NCBI RefSeq assembly: GCF_964204645.1
Contig: NC_134025.1
Location: 15,190,001-15,254,000 of the forward strand
From: Tubulanus polymorphus
Lineage: Eukaryota; Animalia; Nemertea
DNA: 64,000 bases
Direction of reading: 5' to 3'
The stretch's first letter is position 1; every line of letters starts with the position of its first letter. The translations under genes were made by a program, and so were the position numbers. Below the pieces are notes generated by a model. It searched no databases and had not been told where the DNA came from. It worked only from the letters and a program-made list of their open reading frames with translations. This document shows positions 33,812 through 46,532 of this stretch, piece after piece.

Positions 33812-36202
33812 TTAGTATAACGGGGGTACAAGAGAAGCGAGAAATTTGGAGATCAAAATGTTGTGGGGGGAGAAACCGTTATTCAAATTAACACAATTTT
33901 CCAAGTTTTCAATAATCAGGGCCGATTCCATAATGTGTCGTTTAATCTTTTCTGAACAGGGGAAAATTATGGAGGCATTTTCAAAATCAAAATTGTGGCT
34001 GGTTTCGTATACGTGATTGGCAACACCGCTTTCAGGCTTAAAATTCTTTACATCATTCTTATGTTCACGAATGCGCTTGTGTAAATCGCGTCCGGTTTCG
34101 CCGATATATATTTTGTTACAAACTTTACAGGAAATTTTATATACACCAATGTTCAGGGGTTCAATTTTGGGGGAGTTATGAGTAAGATTACGACTAAGTT
34201 TGTTGTTATAAGTAAAAATGAGTTGTTTGTTTAAGAGATGGAGGGGAGTTTTAGATTTTTCCAGAAAAGGAACAAAAGGTACAATAATAGGCTGTTTACG
34301 CGCGCGGGTCCCTTGAGAGTGACTGAAATGTGAACGACGGGCTCTCAAGAGAGCTTTATTCAAAATGTCGTCGGGGTAAGCTAATTTATTAAGAGAGGTC
34401 TTGATCTGGGTTAGTTCATCATCCAAGAAAAGGGGGTCACAAATCCTTAATGCGCGAAGGAATAAGCTTTGGGCAACACTAAGTTTAATGTTATGAGCGG
34501 TGAAGGAGAAATAATGTAGGTATGTTCCAGAGTGGGTAGGTTTCCTATAAACCGAGAATTTTAGACAAGACAAACAATTGTGTATACAAACATCAAGGAA
34601 AGGGATTTTCCCATCAACTTCCAATTCAAATGTGAAGTTCAAGGAGGGATAAAAAGAGTTAATAAATGTGAGAAATTGATCAATATCAAAGTCAAAAGGT
34701 ATAAGGGCAAGAATATCATCAACGTATCGTAACCAAAGTTTAGGGAGAGTATCTGTGTAAAGAGGTAGTAATTCGGTTTCAACGTGTTCCAGGAAAAGAT
34801 TTGCTAGAATGGGACTAAGCGGGTTCCCCATAGCCATGCCAAAAACCTGTTCGAAATATGAATTGTTGAAACTAAAAAAGGAGTTCTGGGTGCAAAGTTC
34901 AATTAATTCGATAATACAATCAGTAGGAATGTCAAAATTGAAATCCAACGAAGGAAGTTTCCGTTTAAGAAAATCAAGGGTAGGCCTAAGAGGAACATTG
35001 GTAAAAAGAGAACTAGCATCAAACGAAATGAATCTATCGTTACCAGGAATAATGTTTTTTAACCGTTCTAATAAATCTTGGTTGTGTCGTAAATGCGAGG
35101 CGGAGAAAGAACCAAGAGCCGGTGATAATTGTTTAGCCAGAAATTTGGATAAACGATAAGAGGGCGAATTACAATTAGATACAATGGGGCGCAGCGGAAC
35201 ATCTTTCTTATGGATTTTGGGGAGCCCATAGATATAAGGTAGGGAGGGTAGACGTGATTGAAATTTCGAAAGAATATCTTTAGAGTCCGGAAACCGTTGG
35301 ATAATACCAGACAGATTCTTATTGAATGAAGCTTGCATACGTGAGAGAGGGTTGGATTTCAATGGTTTATAAACATTAGAGTCACCAAGAAGGGAGAACA
35401 TTTTTTGATTATAATCACAGATATCTAAGAGAACAATTTTGCCACCTTTATCAGCTTTTGAAATACGAACAGAGTCTAGTTTTCTGAGTTCAGAGAGGGC
35501 AATCCTGAAACGACGAGGTAAAAATTCTGAGTAATTATAACGGAGGTTATCACAAATAGTTTGTAAGTTCATAAACATAAAATTGTAGTCAAAATTCGAG
35601 GAAGATGTCTTGCGCTGTTCTAATTCCGACATAAAATCCAGGATGTTCGTCTTGCGGTGAGGTAAATAAAAGTTCAAACCGAAGCCAAGGAGTTGAAGTT
35701 GATACAACGTGAGCGAAACGGAGGAGAGATTCACAATAATGTCCGTGTTGCTAAACTTAGTCCAAGGACTAAGAATAATGAGCTGTTGAAGTTTCGAATT
35801 AAGTTTACAAGAATTGTCAGAAAAATGACGGTTACCGGAGTCCATAACGATAGAGCTGAGTAAGTTGAAGAGATGCGGGTCCGGAAGTTGAGATCTGAGG
35901 TAATTGTGCGCTTGCCGAGATCTGAAGAAATGATAATCGCAATCATCTTTAGCTTTGCCGATCGCTGATCTTAGATGAGAATTTGCTTGCTTCGGAAATG
36001 GTGAATGCGAATCGAATTTCTTGATCCAGTTCATGGAGCGAGGAATCACCTTTTCGCTGAGGCAGTCTTGCAGAAATTTCACTTTGGTTTTTGCTGTTTT
36101 CGCTTGGATGTACCGCTTTTCATAAGTCCGAAAGCAAGAGATGAGATGTGGAAAGGTTATAAAGAAGAATTGAAGAACGATTTTTCGATCCGTGGGAAGC
36201 AT
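33812..36202 (-). CDS. Penelope reverse transcriptase + GIY-YIG endonuclease (796 aa, intact)
   Basis: KADKGG, YGLPKIHK, PLRPIVS, SFDASSLFTNVP, GMAMGNPLSP, RYVDD, PFLDV, GVYKISCKVCNKIYIGETGR. Confidence 0.95.
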   Translation of the reverse strand: MLPTDRKIVLQFFFITFPHLISCFRTYEKRYIQAKTAKTKVKFLQDCLSEKVIPRSMNWIKKFDSHSPFPKQANSHLRSAIGKAKDDCDYHFFRSRQAHNYLRSQLPDPHLFNLLSSIVMDSGNRHFSDNSCKLNSKLQQLIILSPWTKFSNTDIIVNLSSVSLTLYQLQLLGFGLNFYLPHRKTNILDFMSELEQRKTSSSNFDYNFMFMNLQTICDNLRYNYSEFLPRRFRIALSELRKLDSVRISKADKGGKIVLLDICDYNQKMFSLLGDSNVYKPLKSNPLSRMQASFNKNLSGIIQRFPDSKDILSKFQSRLPSLPYIYGLPKIHKKDVPLRPIVSNCNSPSYRLSKFLAKQLSPALGSFSASHLRHNQDLLERLKNIIPGNDRFISFDASSLFTNVPLRPTLDFLKRKLPSLDFNFDIPTDCIIELIELCTQNSFFSFNNSYFEQVFGMAMGNPLSPILANLFLEHVETELLPLYTDTLPKLWLRYVDDILALIPFDFDIDQFLTFINSFYPSLNFTFELEVDGKIPFLDVCIHNCLSCLKFSVYRKPTHSGTYLHYFSFTAHNIKLSVAQSLFLRALRICDPLFLDDELTQIKTSLNKLAYPDDILNKALLRARRSHFSHSQGTRARKQPIIVPFVPFLEKSKTPLHLLNKQLIFTYNNKLSRNLTHNSPKIEPLNIGVYKISCKVCNKIYIGETGRDLHKRIREHKNDVKNFKPESGVANHVYETSHNFDFENASIIFPCSEKIKRHIMESALIIENLENCVNLNNGFSPHNILISKFLASLVPPLY

Positions 36203-36308
36203 GATGAGACGAGAAGATACACAATATCCGTGTAAGAAGATAACAAGAGAAATCCCACAATAAGTTCAGCCAAAACGAGAAACTTGAATAGAAGAGTTAT
36301 ATATATTT

Positions 36309-36350
36309 GCGCAACGTTTCGGCTAAAGACTATTAGCCATCATCAGGCGT
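36309..36350 (-). ncRNA. Penelope pLTR hammerhead ribozyme
   Basis: Identical to 33452-33493, one unit length away. Confidence 0.78.
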
Positions 36351-36668
36351 ACTGAGTACAGGAGAATATTACAAGATATTTATACAAGACCAAAACAATA
36401 GAAGCAGAGTGAGTGATTAAAATATTGAAAGGGGAATAGATTAAAGTAATGACATAACAACTAGAAAACAATGCTAAAGTAAGCAAGGCAAACTAGGGGC
36501 AATGTAGATAAAAGTAATTAATAAACAAAGACACAAGCTAAAGTGATTAAAACGGGAGGACAAGCTAAGGGGTAATCAAATAAAACAAAGAGAAGGAACA
36601 TGAAAGGCGATAATCAGTGAGTGAGTGGAAACAAGCAAACTATGATAAAGGCAAAACAATGGAGGGAA

Positions 36669-38431
36669 TTAGTATAACGGGGGTACAAGAGAAGCGAGAA
36701 ATTTGGAGATCAAAATGTTGTGGGGGGGAGAAACCGTTATTCAAATTAACACAATTTTCCAAGTTTTCAATAATCAGGGCCGATTCCATAATGTGTCGTT
36801 TAATCTTTTCTGAACAGGGGAAAATTATGGAGGCATTTTCAAAATCAAAATTGTGGCTGGTTTCGTATACGTGATTGGCAACACCGCTTTCAGGCTTAAA
36901 TTCTTTACATCATTCTTATGTTCACGAATGCGCTTGTGTAAATCGCGTCCGGTTTCGCCGATATATATTTTGTTACAAACTTTACAGGAAATTTTATATA
37001 CACCAATGTTCAGGGGTTCAATTTTGGGGGAGTTATGAGTAAGATTACGACTAAGTTTGTTGTTATAAGTAAAAATGAGTTGTTTGTTTAAGAGATGGAG
37101 GGGAGTTTTAGATTTTTCCAGAAAAGGAACAAAAGGTACAATAATAGGCTGTTTACGCGCGCGGGTCCCTTGAGAGTGACTGAAATGTGAACGACGGGCT
37201 CTCAAGAGAGCTTTATTCAAAATGTCGTCTGGGTAAGCTAATTTATTAAGAGAGGTCTTGATCTGGGTTAGTTCATCATCCAAGAAAAGGGGGTCACAAA
37301 TCCTTAATGCGCGAAGGAATAAGCTTTGGGCAACACTAAGTTTAATGTTATGAGCGGTGAAGGAGAAATAATGTAGGTATGTTCCAGAGTGGGTAGGTTT
37401 CCTATAAACCGAGAATTTTAGACAAGACAAACAATTGTGTATACAAACATCAAGGAAAGGGATTTTCCCATCAACTTCCAATTCAAATGTGAAGTTCAAG
37501 GAGGGATAAAAAGAGTTAATAAATGTGAGAAATTGATCAATATCAAAGTCAAAAGGTATAAGGGCAAGAATATCATCAACGTATCGTAACCAAAGTTTAG
37601 GGAGAGTATCTGTGTAAAGAGGTAGTAATTCGGTTTCAACGTGTTCCAGGAAAAGATTTGCTAGAATGGGACTAAGCGGGTTCCCCATAGCCATGCCAAA
37701 AACCTGTTCGAAATATGAATTGTTGAAACTAAAAAAGGAGTTCTGGGTGCAAAGTTCAATTAATTCGATAATACAATCAGTAGGAATGTCAAAATTGAAA
37801 TCCAACGAAGGAAGTTTCCGTTTAAGAAAATCAAGGGTAGGCCTAAGAGGAACATTGGTAAAAAGAGAACTAGCATCAAACGAAATGAATCTATCGTTAC
37901 CAGGAATAATGTTTTTTAACCGTTCTAATAAATCTTGGTTGTGTCGTAAATGCGAGGCGGAGAAAGAACCAAGAGCCGGTGATAATTGTTTAGCCAGAAA
38001 TTTGGATAAACGATAAGAGGGCGAATTACAATTAGATACAATGGGGCGCAGCGGAACATCTTTCTTATGGATTTTGGGGAGCCCATAGATATAAGGTAGG
38101 GAGGGTAGACGTGATTGAAATTTCGAAAGAATATCTTTAGAGTCCGGAAACCGTTGGATAATACCAGACAGATTCTTATTGAATGAAGCTTGCATACGGA
38201 AGAGAGGGTTGGATTTCAATGGTTTATAAACATTAGAGTCACCAAGAAGGGAGAACATTTTTTGATTATAATCACAGATATCTAAGAGAACAATTTTGCC
38301 ACCTTTATCAGCTTTTGAAATACGAACAGAGTCTAGTTTTCTGAGTTCAGAGAGGGCAATCCTGAAACGACGAGGTAAAAATTCTGAGTAATTATAACGG
38401 AGGTTATCACAAATAGTTTGTAAGTTCATAA
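36669..38431 (-). pseudogene. 5'-truncated Penelope ORF copy with a 1-nt deletion in the endonuclease domain
   Basis: Nearly identical to 33812-35573; A-run at ~36898 is one base shorter (could be a sequencing error). Confidence 0.88.
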
Positions 38432-38488
38432 GAATAAGTACACTAAAGACTATTAGCCATCATCAGGCGTACTGGCTAGGGTATCAGT

Positions 38489-38530
38489 ACGCCTGATGAT
38501 GGCTAATAGTCTTTAGCCGAAACGTTGCGC
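38489..38530 (+). ncRNA. Hammerhead ribozyme motif in the mirrored pLTR
   Basis: Mirror of 29401-29442. Confidence 0.72.
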
Positions 38531-41213
38531 AAATATATATAACTCTTCTATTCAAGTTTCTCGTTTTGGCTGAACTTATTGTGGGATTTCTCTTGTTATC
38601 TTCTTACACGGATATTGTGTATCTTCTCGTCTCAGCTTATATGAATATCTTGCATGATATCATTTTACATTACGGGTGTCTCATAGGCCTGGTTTTACTT
38701 GTATCAATCGTCATCAATTGATTAAACATCCCAAGTAACTTCTTTATTTACTTATGGTTAATCACTGGTATTCATTAGCTAGTCGGCTATAGAAAGACTA
38801 ACCCGATAAAATTCCATTAACCGTTCGTCCAGAGTCGAACACTCGCGCGTTAATTCGCAACGATTTTAAAGAAAGAAAATGATTGCATGAAATCTACTTT
38901 TCGTATCAATCGGCGTCCAATCTCTTAAACCATCCTAAACACAGTAGTGTAGTAGTTTGTGTCTATTTGCTTTTGCTGATGTCATTTAACATAACAATGG
39001 AAATGTATTCGTTTATTTGGAAATTATATGAAGATATGGAGTAATCATGTGACAAATCAAATAATTACTGCAAGGCAAAACATAGCGCACTTCAGATATA
39101 TGATATGGCCTTAAAGACTTTTCATATATTAACAGTCCAGTTTAACGTCTATTGATATGAATAGTCCAGTTTTGATATGACTGTCGCAACAGTTGGAATA
39201 AAACCTATGAAATCTAGGAGCATTTATCTCATGAAATTTAGATTTGAGATAATTGTATTGTATTGTATGAGGATTAAACATTTCAATGGCTGGTGATTAT
39301 TTGTGATGAAGTAATCAGTGAGATGGACTGTTGATGTAGCCCTGATTGAGGCACTCGGGTCAGATAATATTTTTAGATAAAACAGTGCATTTGTTAAAGC
39401 AGAACACATGATTTTAAACTAAATATAAGTAGCTAAACCGTTAATTTTCATTCCTAACATTTTTTTCATCACTCCCGATTATCAAAAATAATTCAACAGT
39501 TTGATTAACGGATAGTTGCAGTTAACAACATTTCTATCTGATAGAGAAGGTATACAGAGGAACAAGAAAACAACATCCAACTAGACACTGAAAAATCTTT
39601 ATTCGGGTTCGTTACCAGGGGCCTTTACCTTGGGGTATATTTAACTAGGGGATTTTTACTGAAAGGGACCTTTACGGGGCGAGTTTTTACCCGATCACAT
39701 CGATTATTGAATGACATGTTCGATAAAATCATGACAAAAACTGGTATCACTGGTACGATTTGCTAATTTTCGCTATTCGGGTGGTTCTGTAGATTATTGG
39801 CAATACCGTTGGTAACTGACTATCTATTTGTATCACTGATCGGACTGTGAAAATATAGCTTTGACAAAACCACAACTTACGAAAAATGAATCAAATGCAA
39901 TATTTTATTCGAAAACGAGCTTAACCATGGAATCAGTAACGTTTTTTTACAGTCCATGGCTGAAATGACGCTACTGAAAAAATCAATGAGAAATACTGCC
40001 TCCGATTTTTATGACGAAAATATAGGAATGAATTCCTAACAGAATCAAATCAGGTTGTTCTTATTGGTATTGTGTATACATTTCATTTATTAGATATTTC
40101 AAGTAATTCGTGTAATTAGGAAAAACTCGATCCAATAATGGTTTTTTCTTTCGGTTTTAAGTAATTTACAACTTACCAAATATGGACTACATGGTTTGAC
40201 ATTAAAACCAGTGAGCATTATGGTATCAACTTCAACCAAAATTGATTACGATCGCCTTTCGTAGAATCTCCCTGAAGGTCACAATTTTAGTAAATTGACC
40301 TTGGGAGGTTTAAACCTCCCGAATCCAATTAGAAAAATATCGGTCCTCTATGTCAGCGACAATAAAAGTACCCTGCGCGTAACTTTCTATTGTGCGCCTG
40401 TCGCGTTTTGGGCACGAGTAGCTTACGTAATCTTAATTGAAAGTTGAGATCACAGGCAGATATTGAGGTCTATGGCCCACACATAACATCATAAATTGGT
40501 CAGGAAATAAAGTGTTTTGTGGTATAGATGACACGTTTGTACGATTTTACACTGTAAATTTATCATTTTTCAGGACTTAGGGACCAAAAATCGGCAATAT
40601 TTTTGATACAAACTGAGAAAGTATCAAAACATTTGAGAACGCGTTTTCTTTGTTATCAAAATCGCTATTCATCAGTCTTCTAGTTGTAACAAGTGTAATT
40701 ACAAGTGTTACGTAAGGTAAGTGTTATTGTATTTACATGGTATTTGATATTTGCGGCTGAGTTGCTTCAATTTTAAGGCCTATTTGAAGCGGCATCAAAT
40801 CCAATGCATTTTATTGCTAAAATAACACTTAAAATGATTAGGTTATTAGAACTATTATGTTGTAATGATTACAAATTGATTGACTCAGGTTTATTAGCTG
40901 ATATCATGGATACATCATCAGGTTTTAGGGCATTTTGAGCTAGTACTAGGCTGCTGCCTACGCTGTTGAACTGAAAATGAGAAATATCCCCAAAAATCGC
41001 GATCCCAGACGAAAATAATAGACACTAGCTAGACCTAAACTGACTCATTACTATGATCTCTATGAAGTTGATACAATTTATAAATACAATTATTATGCCA
41101 GTTTATTTTTCTTTTAGGCTTGTCACAGCAATCGAGAAATTTGGTGAGGAAAGGATGTTGGGGCATGTTCTACAACAGTACAATGTCGAAGAGTGTGATA
41201 TCACTTCCCGAAG

Positions 41214-43430
41214 CTACATCTACATCTACATCTGTTACGTTGCAGAAATACAATAAGGCATCAACAGCAACGGTAGAGAGAGAGGGACGGAAATTTAGAT
41301 AGTGGTAGCGCCGATTTAAAGGCGTCGATGGTTTCTGCTGAAACTTGATGATTGTCTAGGTGGTTCCAATCGATAATTTTTCTCGGAAAGAAGGAATGTC
41401 TGAATTTGTCCGTTTGACAGAACTGGACCTGGAAACACTTAGAGTTGTTTGTGACAAAACGCTCAGTACGATTGTCAGTTTCAAAGTCTTTAAGGTGGCT
41501 TGCTAGCCTGATTCTGCGCTTATTTGGCCGGATTGGCTTTAAATACTGGTTGGCTGGCATAGCTGGTACTAACCCCTCAACCACCCTGTACAGAAAAGTC
41601 AAGCGGATCTTCTTACGGCGTTCCTCAGGGTTGGTATACAGAGTCTGTTGAGCATCTTGGTGATGCAGCCCGGTTCACGCGACTTATAGTCCTGTGTAAT
41701 GAAGCGCGCTGCCTGTTTTTGAATGCGTTCGAGATGGTCGATGTCCGACCTGACGTGCGGGTCCCAAACCGACGCTCCGTACTCGAGTATTGGACGAACC
41801 AGCGCTAGGTAGGCAGTGCGCCTACTGTTTTCGGTACAGTGGCGTAAGTTCCTTCTTAGGAAACCGAGTGTAGAGCTTGCTTTCTTGACGATACTGTCTA
41901 TGTGCTTGCCCCACATCAGGTCTTCTGATAACAGGAGGCCAAGATATGGGCTCGACTGAACCTGTTTGAGAGCCACATTATCTAAGAAAAATAGAGGTAC
42001 TGCGACTTTTCACGGCCGCGGATGATATAACACCTGCGTGCGTTAAATTTCATGCCCCATCGGAGGGCCCAATGTTCTAAATTCTCTAAATCCTGTTGGA
42101 GGGTTATATGATCCTGGAAAGTTTTTATAGTTCGATAGAGCAGACAGTCTTCTGCGAACAGCCGCACTTGCGACCTAACAACGTCAGGGAGATAGTTCAT
42201 GTGCACTAAAAATAAGAGCGGACCTAAGACAGTTCCTTGCGGAACTCCAGATCCGACATGCGCGTCTTCAGACGATTCGCCGTCCGTAACGACATGGTAC
42301 GATAACATAAAAAATCGGACAACCAGTCAAGTAAATGACCACGGATACCATAATTGCTTTGACAATAGTTTATTATGCGGTGTCGAATGCCTTACTGAAA
42401 TCGAGTACCGCTATATCCACTTGGTTTCCAGAGTCATATGATGTGAGGAGGTCATGTGTGGTGGTGAGTAGCTGCGATTCACAAGAATAACCACTACGAA
42501 AACCGTGGTTCAAATCAGCCAAATTGAATGATCCTCAAGGTGAGTACGTACGTGGCGGTAAACTATGTGCTCTAGTAACTTACAGCACACCGACGTGAGA
42601 GATACCGGACGGTAATTTTCGGCAAGGTGTTTATCGCCCTTCTTGTAAATACTAGAGATGTTGGCGCGACGCCAGTCAGATGGCAGGAGCCCAGTGTCCA
42701 ATGATCGCTGGAATATTCGTGTAAACATGGGTGAGAGGTTATCGGCACACATTAATACCATGTTCGGAATACCATCCGGACCGCATGCTTTGGATGGATT
42801 AATGTTGGTGAGCAGTTTCTTCACTCCAGTTTCGTCAACTATGATACCGCGGATATTTGGGTAATTATCCCCAGTTATACCTGTCGCATCAGGTGGTTGG
42901 TCATCAGAAGTTGAGAATACCGATTTAAACTAATTGAGGAGAATCCTAGCTTTACTTTTTCCATCACAATGCAGTTTGCCAACTTCTTTTAGTGGTGATA
43001 CGCCTACGTTGCCTCTGCGTCTAGACTTAATATACCTCCAGAATGGCTTAGTGTCTTTATTGTCCAGACTGGTTTGGATCGTATTATTGATATGATCCCA
43101 TTCTGCTTTACGTATCTCCCGTCTGCAGTCTTTCTGGAATTGACGATAGGTTTTCCAGTTTTTTCTTTTTTTTAGCTTTCGCGTAGAGACGCTTCTTACG
43201 ACGGAGAAGCTTCCTTCCTGATGGACCTGTTTACCCACGGTAGGAATTTTATACCTCGACAGGTTTTAGACGCATTATGCCGGTCAACGCTCGCTTTAAG
43301 ATTCCTTTTGAAAAAGTCCCAGAGTTCTTGAACTCCTCGGCCGCTCGCATACATTTGTTCGAGATTTGGAGTAATAGCGCTTAGATTCGCTCGGAGCTGG
43401 TCCCAATAGGAACCACCGCGCTGGCGAGCG
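41214..43430 (-). mobile_element. Mirror copy of the degenerate LINE
   Basis: Same ORF fragments as 24505-26717 on the opposite strand. Confidence 0.9.
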
Positions 43431-44162
43431 AGGGATAGGTGGCGCGCAAGTCTTAGTAGCCCCATTCTTTACTTCCTTGTAATGGCAAAAGGTAGAAAGT
43501 TTCTAATCTCCGATCGACAGCACCGGTAGCGCCGCTACTTAGCAATAATAAGAACTAATGTTATTGACGATGTTTTGTTAAGTGGAAAGACGCCGAGTAC
43601 CAGTATATATCCGATAGGTTCGAATCCCCAATTTCTTCGGGATGTTTTGATTTTAAAATAGCGATCGTTTTAATAGATTTGGTGTACCTTATTAAACTTA
43701 CCCACCGGCACCACACCTGCCGGATGTGAAACAGGGGACGTCCTATTCCAATGACGCTAAAGATTTAGTGTGAATTTTATGGTACTGTAACGGCGGTATG
43801 AATTAAATTCAGCAGACTGAGAGTAAAGTATTTTAAGGCAAACTCTAATGGGCTAACTGCACATCGTCGAAAGACTTCTCATCCATCGATACTTGATAAA
43901 AAATGAAATAAAACATCTAGTTCCAATTATCTCATGTAAGCATAACATTTATTTTGAAAATCTCAACCATACATCAAAACATTTTAAAGCCTTCTATATC
44001 AAATGCAATCTTTTGCTAACATAAACAATGGACAAATGGCCATATCTCTATCTATATTAATTATACCACGAATGCTAAATATTGCGATATTAATTGAAAT
44101 CGTTCAACCAACAAATGAATTTAGTTAACATAATATCATCACAAACCATTCATATCCTTGGC

Positions 44163-44669
44163 AGTAATAGGGGTTAAGTTGTTCTAGATCAAAGGTCGAA
44201 CGGTCGAGAAATTTTCCAAATGTGAAATAACAATAATTTCTACTTGAATTAGTCGCGCACACTCCTAATTCAAGTAGAAATTATTATTATTTCACATTTG
44301 GAAAATTTCTCAACCATTCAACCTTTAACCTAGAACAACTAAACCCCTATTACTCTTAAAATATTCATATGCATGAATAAAATATATATGAATAGCATTT
44401 AAATTGATAGATTATTCAATATAAAAGTGTAAGCTCTTATAGAATAGATATATAGATATATTTACAACATTATTTCAATATTTATATTTGTATGAGTCAG
44501 ATTTTTAAACATTAAAAGTGTTAGTAAAGTGTGATTGAAATAATACATATATAAATCATTGAACTTCTAAAATCAATTTAGTAAAAAAATATGTATAATA
44601 AATGGAATCAGAACAACCACAAACTATCAATATTACCAAAAATTCATAAAGACTAAAAATGTACAACTC
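44163..44669 (+). mobile_element. Mirror copy of the hairpin-terminus relic (palindrome 44163-44354)
   Basis: Reverse complement of 23265-23771. Confidence 0.8.
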
Positions 44670-46532
44670 GTAAAATGGGTTATTTTCCCTTTGTTTGAGA
44701 TTCTGTGACAGATTTACTATTCAACTTAAAAATACAATTTTGGTATCGTTTGACTCAGTGGAATCTCTCCTATATAGATCATAGCTGCTTAACTATGAGA
44801 AGCAGCACACTTTCTCACTAGATGGCGAAAGATCTCCCTTCTTTTTCATGGATTTTCATAGCCTCACAAGCATTTTACTGGGTACTCCTGTAGTAACCAG
44901 ATGGCACCACAATCGGATATTGGCATATAAGTAAGTCATTAGCATAGCACAACAACAGTACTGTCCCTAACCACATGTGGTCTGTCTGTACACGAGTGTG
45001 TTACTATTTGTGTTTGCTGACCCAGACATTTAAACAGCGTATGTTTATATAAACAAATGATACTTAGAAAACTATAGTAAACTCACTATGAGCAATTTTG
45101 CTTGTAGAGCTTATAGTACCTGGAAAATCTGTGTGACTTCTATCAAGTGATATCTTAAATGGTCAGAATATCTAAGTTAAATGGTTGAAGCCAAGTTTGT
45201 TGTATCTGGAGCAAAGAATCTTTATGAAATATCTCGATTGATGCAATTATATTTGCGTATAATTATGAGTTTTCTCTATGGTCTACTAATGCATAACAAA
45301 AAGTTAGAGAAATTACATAATTGCACACGGTATATATTCGAAAAATTCCCAATGAAAAACTTCGAATCGGAAAACGTATAAAGCCTAATTCCTAAAAATG
45401 ACCTTATATTCAGTTACTGTGGTATTTATCCATTATTTCACCCATTAGTGGAACGAATAAAGACTTAACAACTAGGCTAAACAACTTCTTTTGATTTGGT
45501 ATTTTATAGAGATAGTGAAAATATATACGATTCTCTACCTCGAATCCTTTAAAATTGCTAAACCGACGAGAACAAATGAGTTTTACAAGTTTTTCTCAGA
45601 TAGGTAAATTACACGGGTTTTTTTTTTCATTTGATGTTTTTCGAATAACGACTTAGACAACCCGTAATATAGAAAAGCAATATGAATGGGAGTTTTAAGC
45701 CATAACCACTCATAAGTACCTTTGAATAAAAAAATGAACTTATTACATCTATATGGATTTTCAAGTAAATTTGTATGACTACGAAAAAGATAGTTGTTCA
45801 TGGTTTTACCAGTTGCCATGCATCACTGTGTGCACGGGTTAAAACATAGCAGTTGCTCTTTTTAATTACCGTGACTAATATCAGTGTTCATACCCCTAGA
45901 AACCATCAAACTGATCAACTCAAAACATATATAAAGCCGCATTCATATAATGTCTTTCAATTGCAACAAGTAAAGCTGAAAAGATGACTACATTTTTTCC
46001 AGCGCAACCCGCCGTTAACAACTAGGCTAAACAACTTCTTTTGATTTGGTATTTTATAGAGATAGTGAAAATATATACGATTCTCTACCTCGAATCCTTT
46101 AAAATTGCTAAACCGACGAGAACAAATGAGTTTTACAAGTTTTTCTCAGATAGGTAAATTACACGGGTTTTTTTTTCATTTGATGTTTTTCGAATAACGA
46201 CTTAGACAACCCGTAATATAGAAAAGCAATATGAATGGGAGTTTTAAGCCATAACCACTCATAAGTACCTTTGAATAAAAAAATGAACTTATTACATCTA
46301 TATGGATTTTCAAGTAAATTTGTATGACTACGAAAAAGATAGTTGTTCATGGTTTTACCAGTTGCCATGCATCACTGTGTGCACGGGTTAAAACATAGCA
46401 GTTGCTTTTTTTAATTACCGTGACTAATATCAGTGTTCATACCCCTAGAAACCATCAAACTGATCAACTCAAAACATATATAAAGCCGCATTCATATAAT
46501 GTCTTTCAATTGCAACAAGTAAAGCTGAAAAG

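Larger units (their letters stand above)
33347..38431 (-). mobile_element. Tandem Penelope-like element: one complete 2857-bp unit plus a 5'-truncated unit
   Basis: Unit boundaries at 33347 and 36204 (ATGAGACGAGAAGATACAC); near-identical units; RT plus GIY-YIG ORF; hammerheads in pLTRs. Confidence 0.95.

Noticed and set aside
34809-38016. 116-aa plus-strand ORFs within Penelope
   Set aside because: Antisense to the RT ORF, repeated only because of the tandem unit
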